Assembly (NCBI GenBank): GCA_965243135.1
Contig: OZ251539.1
Span: 2,944,001 to 3,008,000 of the forward strand
Length of the DNA stretch: 64,000 nucleotides
Direction: 5' to 3'
DNA from: Alphaproteobacteria bacterium
GTDB taxonomy: Bacteria > Pseudomonadota > Alphaproteobacteria > MPNO01 > UBA830
Shown piece after piece: positions 20,084 through 29,842 of this stretch. Positions within the stretch are counted from its first letter, which is position 1, and every line of letters begins with the position of its first letter. A program made the position numbers and the translations under genes. The notes under the pieces are model-generated. The model was not told where the DNA came from and searched no databases. It was given only the letters and a program-made list of their open reading frames with translations.

Positions 20084-23000
20084 CTAGGAATCCGAAAGAT
20101 CGAGGCCGAACGCCGTGATTCGGACATCGTTTCGCTCTTCTATGGCCTTCGCCTCCTGCTTAAGGAAATCGACCAAACTCGGGAAATCCATTCGCGTCCT
20201 GTCCCGTTGCCAACGTTTCTTGCAGCCGCGGTAAGTGATCAGCAGGCAGCCCGCCCTGCAATGCCGCATGTACTTTCCCAGAAGTTGATCATGAAGCGCT
20301 TTCTTGAGATCGGACGCCGACCATTTGTCGGCGATTTTCAACTCGATCACCGCCTTGTGGTCTCTGGATAAAAGCCGGATGTCGGTACGCATTCCGTCGA
20401 CGACCTCTTCCTCCCGAGTGATTTGGTACATGCCCTTTGACATGAGATCCAAACGCATAGCGATAGTGCGCTGCATTCCGGTTTCGTCATTTATGCCGCG
20501 TAAGTAGTCCCGGTCGGAAAAATCGCCATGCTGAAGTTCGCGGTCGATTTTCTCCAACCGTTCGAGCATGACCGAAAACAGGCCGTTCCTGTCGCTGGGC
20601 GGCGCTTCGAGGCTCTCGACCAGTTCCACCACGTCCTCGGGGGCGAACGGGGGGAACTGGGCGTCGAAGGCGGATGCCTCAAGATTCGATGACAGAAGAC
20701 GTTCCCGGATGCCGGCAAAGTCGCTCTCCTGCGCGAGTCCGCGGACGGCCTGCCGGGCTTTCGGTCCCCGCGTGCTCAGCAGCCTGCTGAGCATGCCGTC
20801 CCGTGCAAGTTGGGCATCGTCCCGGGCAGTTGGAACGTAGCCCCCCGTGTGGACCAAATCTTCTGCAGGGCGAATATGCCGGTAGGCGCACCGGACAAGC
20901 TGTTCGAACACTTCGGTGCTCCCGCCGTCGAGACGCAAACCATCAGGGCTGCGGAAGAGCGCAGCGAACGCCTCGGTCGCCTTGCGGTCGGCATCGGTCG
21001 CCTTGGAAAGCCGGTCCGTCAGCGCCTGCGTTCCCTGCGGCGCATCGGATTCGAACAACCCTCTGAGCCAGACGAGCGCGAGCATGCTTTCCGGATTGTC
21101 GCGGTATCGTTCTGCGCATAATTCGGAAATCCGGCGTCGATCCGCTTCGCCGTCAAGCAGGACTCGCAGGACTTCTTTCAAATGAAACGCCCAAAGCGGA
21201 TTGGCAGGATCCGCGACATCTTCCGGCCATTTTTCCAGCCAGCCCAGCAAGCGAGGAGCCAATAGCCGCTTCAGGCCGTTGTCCGAGTACGCCAGATCCC
21301 GCAAGAGACGGGGGTGGTCTTGCTGGTGACCGAAGCGAAGCTGATCGAGCGCTTCGCCGCCTATCGCCTCTTCGATCGCCTTCGGACGAGACTTGGCGAG
21401 ATCGAGGATGAATGGAGCCAGGCCGTCCAACTCGACGGTCGAATAAATTGCAGCTTTCCTCGCTTCTTCGTCCGAGAGCGCTTCTGCCCACCCGGATCCA
21501 GCGGCTTCGGCCGAGATGCCGTTGAGGCCGAGAATCCATGATTGGGGAACGTCCTTCGCGCCGGGCGGCCGTTCGGACCAGAATTTCGGCTGCACGGTTC
21601 GCCAGTATGCGCAAAAGGCTTTTTCGGCGCGGTCGGCGAATTCCGGGCTGAACGCTTCGACCAACGCGCCTTTGTTCCAGACATTCCACCGACTTCGCCG
21701 AGGTTCGCGATCCTCGAGCCATTCGAAGATCCGGATGAGCGTATCCGGCCCTTTCTCCTCGGAAAAAGCGGCCTCGGGATTGTCCACCACCTGGCCGCGC
21801 CATCGCCTCCTGGCCTCCCGCTCCTCCTTCGCCTCCCGAGCTTGTTCCCTCTGCATACGTTCTACTTCACGATCCTCCTCGCTCGGTTCCGGCGGGTTCG
21901 CGGCGGCTTTCAGAACGGAGCGCAGCGCCGGGTCGTCTTTCGACGCATCGCGCATTTTCCGAAGCATTGTCTCGCTCCGCCCGCTCCCGAGGTCGATCAA
22001 GGCGTGCAGCGCGACAGGTCGGCGGGCTGGCTGTTTTTTGCCCGCAAGGGCCGCCAACAGCCAGGGACGATCCTCATCGGTCAGCGGCCCCGTGAGACCG
22101 TCCTGTGTAGCCCGATATACGCGAATCCAAGCGGCGGAGACCTGCTGAACCTTGTCCACGAACTCCAGTTCCGCCCAAAACGCCTCCCGTCGCAGCGAAC
22201 GGCGGAACCGGTCCCGGAGCGCAATGACTTCGTCTTTCCGGGCTCTCTTGGCGAACCGGGAGGCAATCGCGCAGGCGCGAATCAAGTCATGCGACGATCG
22301 ACCTGCGGCGATCTGCCGCTCGCACAGCGCAGCCAGGGAATTCGCGAAGTGTTCGAACTCGCTGCGAAAGCGCCATGGATCCTTGTCAGACCTGCGTCCC
22401 CGCAGGATCAATTCGACCATGCCGTCGCGCAGGGAGCATGCCGCGTCTGAAAGCGGGTCGATTTTCTTGAACCTCTCGCGCAGGTTCCAGGCGAATTCCC
22501 GCCCCGCGCCTTCCGGGTCGCGAGTACGCTCCATCAGCGCGATCAGAGACCCGGCTTCGATGAATTCCGGGAACAGTTCCGCTGCGACCTCGCTGACGAT
22601 TTCGTCCGGCCAGGAGCCGGGCTGGTCCAGCATCTTGCGCACGAGTTCGCGTATGTCCCTGCAGCGCTCGCATGCGGCGAGAGCAAGGACCGCGGTAACG
22701 CGATGGCGAGGCGAAAACGATTCGTCGCGAGCCGCCGACAACACCAGATCGGCGCATTCCTCGACGGGTCCCAGCCAGATCAGCTTCGTCAACAGGTTGC
22801 GCGCATCCTCGCTCGGAGGCCCGCTTCCCCAGGCGGCGCGTATCGCTTCAGCAAGCTGCGGATGCGCGAACCGGCGCACCTCGTTCATGTTCAACCCGCG
22901 CCATCCTCCACAGTTGTACTTTTCGACGAATGCCTTGACGATCTTGCGTCGGTCCTCCAATTCGAGCGATCCCGGGTCGCCGTGCGAGAGCAAGACCTCG

Positions 23001-24349
23001 GGCGCCCGTCCGATCAATTCTTTGCGGACCTCGGCATCATCCAGGGCAAGCCATGCTGCGATCGGGCGCGTGGAGGGGAGCACCAACTCGTCGCCGCCCT
23101 TTTCCGCAAACAGCAGGCGGAACAGGGCACGCCTGGACATGCCTCGCTCGCGCAGCGAACGCAGAAGCCGGGCCGACAAAAATTCCTCGACCGAACGGTG
23201 ATGGAAGCGGACGCGCCCGTAGGTGGCGGGATCGAACAGGCCGCGGCGGAGCAGCGCCTGCCGTTTGCTGTCCGACCATGACGGAAGCACTCCGGCTGGA
23301 TCGAGCGCTCCGTCGCCCGGACCGGTGCCCGGTTCCGGTGAACGAATGGTTCGCGTCCGGGTCAACGCGAGTCCGAGAGCAAGCCGTTCCGCTCCTCTGC
23401 AGGCTTCCGCGGGAGTGAGTTCGCGGCGATCGTCGCGGAAGGGATCCTCTTCCGTCAATTTCGCTTTGACGTTCGCCTCATGCTGTTCTTTCAGGGTGCC
23501 AAGTCGCCCGGCGCACTTCCAGTCTGCGATCAACATCTGCAGATCCAGGGGCCGCCGAGCGAAAGCCCACGCCCCTTGCCGTGCGATCTCCTCAAGAAAC
23601 GCGGTCGGCTCTTCGACACCGTGTTTACCAGCGAAGAGTTCGATCCTGGCGTCGTTCAGCCGACGCATGACCACCGTTCGGAACGGATCTTCCTCGGGCG
23701 AAAGCGTGTTCTGACCCTCCGAACCGAAGTGCGCTTCGTTATCCGGGACGTCCAAACCGAGGTGATCGGATGCTTCTTCATTCAGGACATCCATGAATAC
23801 TTCTTCGGACGACCGCGAGGGATTCCCGCTTTCCCTCGTCGGCACCCGCAGACGAGTCCGAAAAGCGTCCGCATCGACTTCCGGACGCCAGTCGCTGGGT
23901 CGGCAGGAAACAACGATGCGGGCGCGGGCAAGATGGTCTGCGATGTCCTTGGACAGGTTCAGAAGCACCTCATCGAGTTTGCGTTCGGTAAGCTTCAGTT
24001 CGTCCACCGCGTCGAGGAAGAACCAGGCCGTCCCGGAACCGCTCGATTTCCATTCCGCGTATCTCTTTTCCTCGTCCGGCGACAGGCATTCGGCGAGCGA
24101 TCCGCGACCGAGGCGTTCAAGCGGCAGGAAGAACGCGAACTTGTCCTCCGCGGAAAGTCGCCGCGCTTGCTCGCACATCTCGGTCGTCTTTCCCGAGCCG
24201 GCTTCCGCCAACAGAACGACCCGGCGGCATTCCAGCAATTCCGCCCAGCCGAATTCGTCGCCGAACCAAGTGTCGTGCAGCGCCAAATCCGCGTCTTCGG
24301 GGTCCTCGTTCGTCAGGTTGCGAAATCGGCGGTCGAGATCAACATACAT
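20084..24349 (-). CDS. Large STAND/NACHT-like ATPase with a C-terminal PD-(D/E)xK-like nuclease
   Basis: Walker A AEAGSGKT, Walker B FFLDAVDE, sensor VSCRP, long helical region, C-terminal REEEV...RTDIRL...IELK. ATG at 24349 follows AAGGAAG. Confidence 0.8.
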   Translation of the reverse strand: MYVDLDRRFRNLTNEDPEDADLALHDTWFGDEFGWAELLECRRVVLLAEAGSGKTTEMCEQARRLSAEDKFAFFLPLERLGRGSLAECLSPDEEKRYAEWKSSGSGTAWFFLDAVDELKLTERKLDEVLLNLSKDIADHLARARIVVSCRPSDWRPEVDADAFRTRLRVPTRESGNPSRSSEEVFMDVLNEEASDHLGLDVPDNEAHFGSEGQNTLSPEEDPFRTVVMRRLNDARIELFAGKHGVEEPTAFLEEIARQGAWAFARRPLDLQMLIADWKCAGRLGTLKEQHEANVKAKLTEEDPFRDDRRELTPAEACRGAERLALGLALTRTRTIRSPEPGTGPGDGALDPAGVLPSWSDSKRQALLRRGLFDPATYGRVRFHHRSVEEFLSARLLRSLRERGMSRRALFRLLFAEKGGDELVLPSTRPIAAWLALDDAEVRKELIGRAPEVLLSHGDPGSLELEDRRKIVKAFVEKYNCGGWRGLNMNEVRRFAHPQLAEAIRAAWGSGPPSEDARNLLTKLIWLGPVEECADLVLSAARDESFSPRHRVTAVLALAACERCRDIRELVRKMLDQPGSWPDEIVSEVAAELFPEFIEAGSLIALMERTRDPEGAGREFAWNLRERFKKIDPLSDAACSLRDGMVELILRGRRSDKDPWRFRSEFEHFANSLAALCERQIAAGRSSHDLIRACAIASRFAKRARKDEVIALRDRFRRSLRREAFWAELEFVDKVQQVSAAWIRVYRATQDGLTGPLTDEDRPWLLAALAGKKQPARRPVALHALIDLGSGRSETMLRKMRDASKDDPALRSVLKAAANPPEPSEEDREVERMQREQAREAKEEREARRRWRGQVVDNPEAAFSEEKGPDTLIRIFEWLEDREPRRSRWNVWNKGALVEAFSPEFADRAEKAFCAYWRTVQPKFWSERPPGAKDVPQSWILGLNGISAEAAGSGWAEALSDEEARKAAIYSTVELDGLAPFILDLAKSRPKAIEEAIGGEALDQLRFGHQQDHPRLLRDLAYSDNGLKRLLAPRLLGWLEKWPEDVADPANPLWAFHLKEVLRVLLDGEADRRRISELCAERYRDNPESMLALVWLRGLFESDAPQGTQALTDRLSKATDADRKATEAFAALFRSPDGLRLDGGSTEVFEQLVRCAYRHIRPAEDLVHTGGYVPTARDDAQLARDGMLSRLLSTRGPKARQAVRGLAQESDFAGIRERLLSSNLEASAFDAQFPPFAPEDVVELVESLEAPPSDRNGLFSVMLERLEKIDRELQHGDFSDRDYLRGINDETGMQRTIAMRLDLMSKGMYQITREEEVVDGMRTDIRLLSRDHKAVIELKIADKWSASDLKKALHDQLLGKYMRHCRAGCLLITYRGCKKRWQRDRTRMDFPSLVDFLKQEAKAIEERNDVRITAFGLDLSDS

Positions 24350-24789
24350 TGTCCAGTCTTCCTTGCGGCCCCCGCATGCTCCCTCGAGAATTCCGACGTC
24401 GCGCAAGGCGGTGACCTCTTCCGCCCAGGCTTTTGCATGGCTTCGCTGAAACCTCTCGGGTATCGGCTCGGCATCCTTTGAATCTCTGCCGCGAGGCCGG
24501 CCGCCCGCTGCACGGCTCGGCAAGCCGTCAACCTGCCAGCCATGTCGCCATGCGTTTGCCGCTTCGTCGGCATAACCGCGCTCTTCACCCAAGGCGTTCG
24601 CCGAAAAAATGCACGGCGCACTCCGCGCATAATCGAGCGCCCGCCGGGTCGCCGCTTCACCGGGAAACATACCGACAACAGCATTATAGCGAGCGACATG
24701 AAACTGAACCACGCCCTTGCGATGGCCACCGCCAATTGGGATATCCCTTTTTCCGGGGGCAAATTCTGGTCCGTGTACGCCACCCGCCA

Positions 24790-25232
24790 AAAGCGCCTGA
24801 CCGTTCCGCCGCGCCGCAACGCTCCACCGGAGGCCGTCCCGAACCTTCTGGAGAGAGTCGCGGCGCAAGGCGCCGAGAACGAGATCAACCTCGCCGGATT
24901 TTTCGAGACGCTCGCCGACCGACCGTGAAAAAACTCGCCGCCGCCAACCCGGAGGCAGCCACGCCGTGCGACGCCGGCAAGCAGACCGTCTGCAAGATCG
25001 TCGTCTCGTAACGGCTGCGTCAGTCCGCGTCTCTCCCCGGCGTCCTTCTCCGGCTGCAGCCGCGCTTACTCGTCCGGCCAAGCGTCGCGCCGGCGACGCG
25101 CCATGCCGTCGGCGCTGCGGAAGATGCGTTTTCCCATTTCGGGCAGGCGCGCGCCCGGCCTACCGGACCACGAGGCCAATCCCGTCCTTCCCGGCGTCGG
25201 CGACGATACCCTCGATAACAGCCTTGATCGTT
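24790..25232. pseudogene. Relic copy of the membrane-protein gene / relaxase 3'-end junction
   Basis: PPRRNAPPEAVPNLLE and GKQTVCKIVVS* match 28907-29839; on the minus strand TIKAVIEGIVADAGKDGIGLVVR matches the relaxase C-terminus. Confidence 0.8.
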
Positions 25233-26872
25233 GGGTGTACGTCAGATTTGTTGGATCATGCGGCGCGACGCTCCCAGAAGTCCTCGAAGCGCCCGCTGAG
25301 CATGCAGCACCGGAGTGCGGCGTCCGCGCCCCGAACGGTCCACCGCCCCCGTTTCAGCCGGTTGCCGACCGTTCTCTTGCAACCGGCCTCGACGACGCCG
25401 GAGGCAAACCCTGCGCACGGAATTTTGCGTACTGCATGCGCGCGCGGTTCCGTTCCAGGTAGCCTGCGGCGCCGTGCTTGCGGAGAGCCGCGATGACCTT
25501 GTCGACCTGACCGTCTTCAAGGGCGTCGCACTGCTTTTTCGCCCACGCCTCCGCAAGATCTCCGTCACCGTAGATCTCTTTCGCCCTGCTCCACAGGTGC
25601 TGTTTCGCATGGAACAGGTCGATGGGTGGCGTCTGGGAACAGTTCGTCGGCGATGTTCCCAGAGCGCTCCCCAGAACCACGCGTCGCTCGGCGTCGTGGA
25701 AGCCGCGACGGCGCGCTTCGCGCTCGACCCGTTGAGCGAAAGGCGACAGTTCCTTGTCGGTGGTCGCGGCGATGCCGACGGAGCCGAACCCTGTTCGGGT
25801 GTCCCTTCGCTTTGTTTTTCGGCCGTCCACACGGTGACGAGTTTGGCCTCGCGGGTCTTGGAAGAGCCGTCCGGCTGCTTGCCTGGCCGACCTTCCCGCT
25901 CCGAAGGGCGGGCCGGCACCCCGGTCCCGTCCATGCCGACATACATGGTCGGCCCGGACGGCGGTTCGACCTCGACCCTCTGGCGTTCATCCTCTTCGGT
26001 GCCGAGAGCCTCGGCGATACGTTCGACCATCTTGGGGGCGACCTTCAGCCCCGCCAACTCCTTCATCATGCTACTGGTCATTGCGAAGCTGCGAAGCTGC
26101 GAACCCGACCATGCGCGTGGCAGCGGGGGAGGTTTTTTCCATCGCCCGGTCCCGTGGGCAGATCCCGGTGTTGCAGGCGTTGCAGCGGTAGTAAGCCCGG
26201 TCGAACTTCGCCCAACGCCGTTGTGAAGGTTTTTGGGCGCCGGCCCGTGGGCTTCTCCTCCACATGACGCGCATGCGATTGAAGGCCCGACGTGGTCGGA
26301 ACGGTTGAACCGCTTGGCGACGGCACGGGCGCCGATCTCCGCTCGCTTCGCCGCGGTTTCGACGGCCTCCATGTCGTCCGTCACACCGTCCCCGACCAGA
26401 CGGTTTATCTCGGACGACGCTTCTGCCGCGACGACGGCCTCGAAGGCTTTTTTTTTTACTTCGTCGCCGCGAGAACGGTCCAATCGGGCGTCACATATCT
26501 CGTCGCTTACCAATTGCTGGACCAGTTCGCGAAGCCGCTTGTACTCCTCGATCTGCACGCGACTTCCGCAGCGGCGGGGATGGATCTGCATCGCGTCTTG
26601 CCCTTCACCTTTCGGGTCAGTTGAAGGTACGGCCCATGCCCCGGTCCCTTTGCGCAATGGCAACCGGGTTTGCTTGCGGTATTGGGCGGTGAGGGATCCT
26701 TGGCGAAGATCTCCGATTTCGGACAACTGACGGAGAACGTCGGCGCGATGTTGCAGAAGGGTTTCCAAGTCTTGGGACGTGGACATGGCGCATCCTGTAT
26801 GTGATTAGTACATACAGGAAATCTAGGCCCTCCTTGGCGTCAATGCAAATCTCAAGAAATTGACGTACACCC
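25233..26872 (-). mobile_element. ISKra4-family insertion sequence, frameshifted
   Basis: 12-bp inverted repeats GGGTGTACGTCA; 9-bp target duplication TTGATCGTT (25224-25232 and 26873-26881); MYVGMDGTGVP, TREAKL, DLFHAKQHL. Confidence 0.9.
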
Positions 26873-26952
26873 TTGATCGTTCGTTCATTTGCGATAGCGA
26901 CAGCTATAAGGTAGTTTGCAAGTGATGGCGTTTTCTCATCATCGGTAATGTA

Positions 26953-28557
26953 ATGGAACTGTTAACGGGATCGGCCGTTTGGCTCGGTTTATTCTCCGTG
27001 GGAGTGCTCGCGGCTTGGCTGAAGGGGTTCCTCAACCAATTCCTGCCGCCGCCGCAACGGGCGTGGTTGGCCATCACGAATTGTCGTCGGACCCGGACGT
27101 CGCGCCCCGAGGATAGGTTTCGTTTCGTGTTGTGCTGGCTGGAAGACGACACTGCGGGACGCGACACGAAAACTGTCGGGCAGGCGTTCACAGGGGTTGA
27201 GGGTGTCGAACTGGTCCGCTCCGCATGTATCGTGAAGGCATCCGGTGCAGCGGATGATTGGCGGCTGGCGATGCGTAAAGGTGCCCGCAAAGTTCTGGAC
27301 AAATGGAAGGCTGATCTGACGGTCGTCGGCTCGGTCAAGGAGTCTGGAAAAGCTCTGAACCTGTGGGTCGTTCCGCGAGAAGGCGACGGCACGCTCCGTC
27401 TAGCGGACCGGCCATACGAATTGAAGAACGTGACGCTTCAAAAGGAGTTCCACGAAGACCTCCGAGCGCAGCTTGTCGCTGTGGCGCTCAGGGCCGTGGC
27501 TCCGCTCGCCGACACCGAAGTGCGCGGTCGAGTTCTGGAAAAGGAGCTGACTGCCGCCACCAAAAAACTTGCGACTTTGCTTAAGGGCGGCACAATCACT
27601 GGGGATGACCATCGCGCTGCCTTGTCTTTGGCGTATGGTGACGCCCTAGCGGCCTTGGGTGAGCGAGAGAGCGGGTCGGAGCGTCTGGAGCAGGCCGTTG
27701 ACGCCTACACGCAGGCGCTTGAGGTGTTCACCCGTGATGGTGCGCCGCTTCAGTGGGCCGTAACGCAGAACAATCTCGGCAACGTCCATCTGATCCTGGG
27801 CGAGCGAGAGAGCTCACCTGTGCGCTTGGAGCAGGCTGTCGACGCCTACACGCAGGCGCTTGAGGTGTACACATGCGAGGACGCACCGTTCCAGTGGGCC
27901 ATGACGCAGAACAATCTCGGCAACGCCCTTCGGACCCTGGGCGAGCGAGAGAGCGGACGGGATCGTCTGGAGCAAGCCATCGCTGCCTACACGCAGGCGC
28001 TCAAGGAGTTCAAGGAGTGCACCCGCAAGCGGGCGCCGCTTGAATGGGCCATGATACAGAACAATCTCGGCAACGCCCTTTGGACCTTAGGTGCGCTCGA
28101 GCAATCGCCGACACGCGTGGAGCAAGCCATCGCTGCCTACATGCAGGCGCTCAAGGAGCGCATCCGCAAGCGTGTGCCGCTTCAGTGGGCTACGACGCAG
28201 AACAATCTCGGCAGCGCCTATCAGACCTTGGGTGCGCTCGAGAAATCGCCGACACGCGTGGAGCAAGCCATCGATGCTTATACCCAAGCGCTCAAGGAGT
28301 GCACCCGCAAGCGTGCGCCGCTTGACTGGGCCATGATACAGAACAATCTCGGCAACGCCTATCAGACCTTGGGTGCGCTCGAGAAATCGCCGAAACGCGT
28401 GGAGCAAGCCATCGCTGCCCATAACAGAGCGCTTCAGGTGTTCGACGCCGAGGCGACGCCTCAAGACTGGCAGATGGCGCAGAACAATCTCGCTCGTGCC
28501 GTCAAACTCTTGCGCGAATTGGAGGCCGCGCACGGACCGGAAGACACTCGGGATTGA
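26953..28557 (+). CDS. TPR-repeat protein with an N-terminal membrane anchor
   Basis: Six QNNL-containing repeats with a 141-bp period (one of 150 bp), CAGAACAATCTC at 27766, 27907, 28057, 28198, 28339, 28480; hydrophobic N-terminus. Confidence 0.88.
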   Translation: MELLTGSAVWLGLFSVGVLAAWLKGFLNQFLPPPQRAWLAITNCRRTRTSRPEDRFRFVLCWLEDDTAGRDTKTVGQAFTGVEGVELVRSACIVKASGAADDWRLAMRKGARKVLDKWKADLTVVGSVKESGKALNLWVVPREGDGTLRLADRPYELKNVTLQKEFHEDLRAQLVAVALRAVAPLADTEVRGRVLEKELTAATKKLATLLKGGTITGDDHRAALSLAYGDALAALGERESGSERLEQAVDAYTQALEVFTRDGAPLQWAVTQNNLGNVHLILGERESSPVRLEQAVDAYTQALEVYTCEDAPFQWAMTQNNLGNALRTLGERESGRDRLEQAIAAYTQALKEFKECTRKRAPLEWAMIQNNLGNALWTLGALEQSPTRVEQAIAAYMQALKERIRKRVPLQWATTQNNLGSAYQTLGALEKSPTRVEQAIDAYTQALKECTRKRAPLDWAMIQNNLGNAYQTLGALEKSPKRVEQAIAAHNRALQVFDAEATPQDWQMAQNNLARAVKLLRELEAAHGPEDTRD

Positions 28558-28906
28558 AGTACGCTCGGATCCTATACAGTTCGAAGCGGCAAGACGACTG
28601 GCGGCGAGGTTGAACTCGCCACCGGTGACGCCTTTGATCTTTTCAACGACCATAGGGACTCGAGTTTCTGTCGCGCTCTCGCGTTGGTTCGCTCCAAAAG
28701 GTGACCCGATTGACGGGACGGCGTTTGCAGCGCGACGTGCACGGGCTTGTCCGGAACGAACGTTTAGCATACGCCTCCGGACGCGATGCCGAAAGCCCGA
28801 ATGCGGCAATGGCCCTGTCGCCCTGTCGGCGATTACGCTGTCGCAGCCCCGCCATTTGGAGTTTTGATCGGGCAACTTGCCGAGCGGCTCAAGAGGGAAA
28901 AATGGC

Positions 28907-29839
28907 ATGACGGACCTCCAGAAGAGGACGGAACCTGCGGCGGCACCGACCGCGCCCGCATCGCCGCCGTCCGGGATTGCGCCGGAGCCTGAACCTGTCG
29001 CTCCGGACCGGCTATCTCCAGATCCTGGCTTGACTGCGCTGCCGCCCCCGTCGGCTTCGTTGTCCGCGGCCCGTCCTGCGGAACTGGTGGCGGAAACCGC
29101 CGACGCGGCGAACGAAACCGGAGACAGGTTGCTCGGAAAGATTCTCGGGCGGATCCCGGAAGCGGAAACGAACGTCAGAAAGCACATCGACGAGCGGCTG
29201 GCGGAACTGCCGGCCGCGATCGAAAGGCGCCTGACCGCCCCGCCGCGCCGCAACGCGCCGCCGGAGGCCGTTCCGAACCTGCTGGAGCTGATCTCCGCGC
29301 AGTCCGCCGAGACCGAAACCAACCTCGCCAAATTCATCGAGATGCGCACCGGCCGACTCGAAACGGCGGCGGACAAGTTCGCGGCCAACTCCCCGGAAGC
29401 CGCGGCGGTGCCCGAAGCGGCCGCCGCTCTCGAAGGCGCCGGGCAAACGGTCGTTCAGGCATCCGCGACCGCGGACGTCGTTCCGCCCGTCGCGGAAGTC
29501 GAACCCGCCGGACAGGCCGGCTCCCCCGCGAGCGTCGCGGCCGCCGCGGCCAAACTGGAAAAGCAGGTCCGCACCCACGCCGCCGACTTCCAGCGCTGGC
29601 AGTCGGTCAACCGGACCCGGAGCCGGCGGCTTGCGGCCGCCGCCGTCGCTATCGGAGCGCCGTGCCTGCTCGCCCTCGGCCTGCTCCTTCAGGCGCAGTT
29701 CGCGATCCTTCCGGCGCCGGACCCCACCAACGGCTGGCGCGACTTCGTCTGGAACCGCTTCGGCTCGGAAATCGCCGACTGCGTCCTCCGGGCGCGCGCC
29801 GCCGGCAAGCGGTCCGCCTGCGAGATCGTCGTCCCGTAG
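28907..29839 (+). CDS. Hypothetical Ala/Pro-rich protein with a C-terminal transmembrane helix
   Basis: Convergent with the relaxase; a relic paralogue at 24790-25010 supports it being a real gene. Confidence 0.65.
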   Translation: MTDLQKRTEPAAAPTAPASPPSGIAPEPEPVAPDRLSPDPGLTALPPPSASLSAARPAELVAETADAANETGDRLLGKILGRIPEAETNVRKHIDERLAELPAAIERRLTAPPRRNAPPEAVPNLLELISAQSAETETNLAKFIEMRTGRLETAADKFAANSPEAAAVPEAAAALEGAGQTVVQASATADVVPPVAEVEPAGQAGSPASVAAAAAKLEKQVRTHAADFQRWQSVNRTRSRRLAAAAVAIGAPCLLALGLLLQAQFAILPAPDPTNGWRDFVWNRFGSEIADCVLRARAAGKRSACEIVVP

Positions 29840-29842
29840 CGG

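Noticed and set aside
24350-25081. N-terminal extension of the 1665-aa ORF
   Set aside because: Runs through relic sequence; ATG at 24349 has a good RBS.
27640-28500. Regular DNA repeats as a possible CRISPR array (also 56150-56700)
   Set aside because: In-frame TPR (141 bp) and Sel1 (108 bp) coding repeats without unique spacers.
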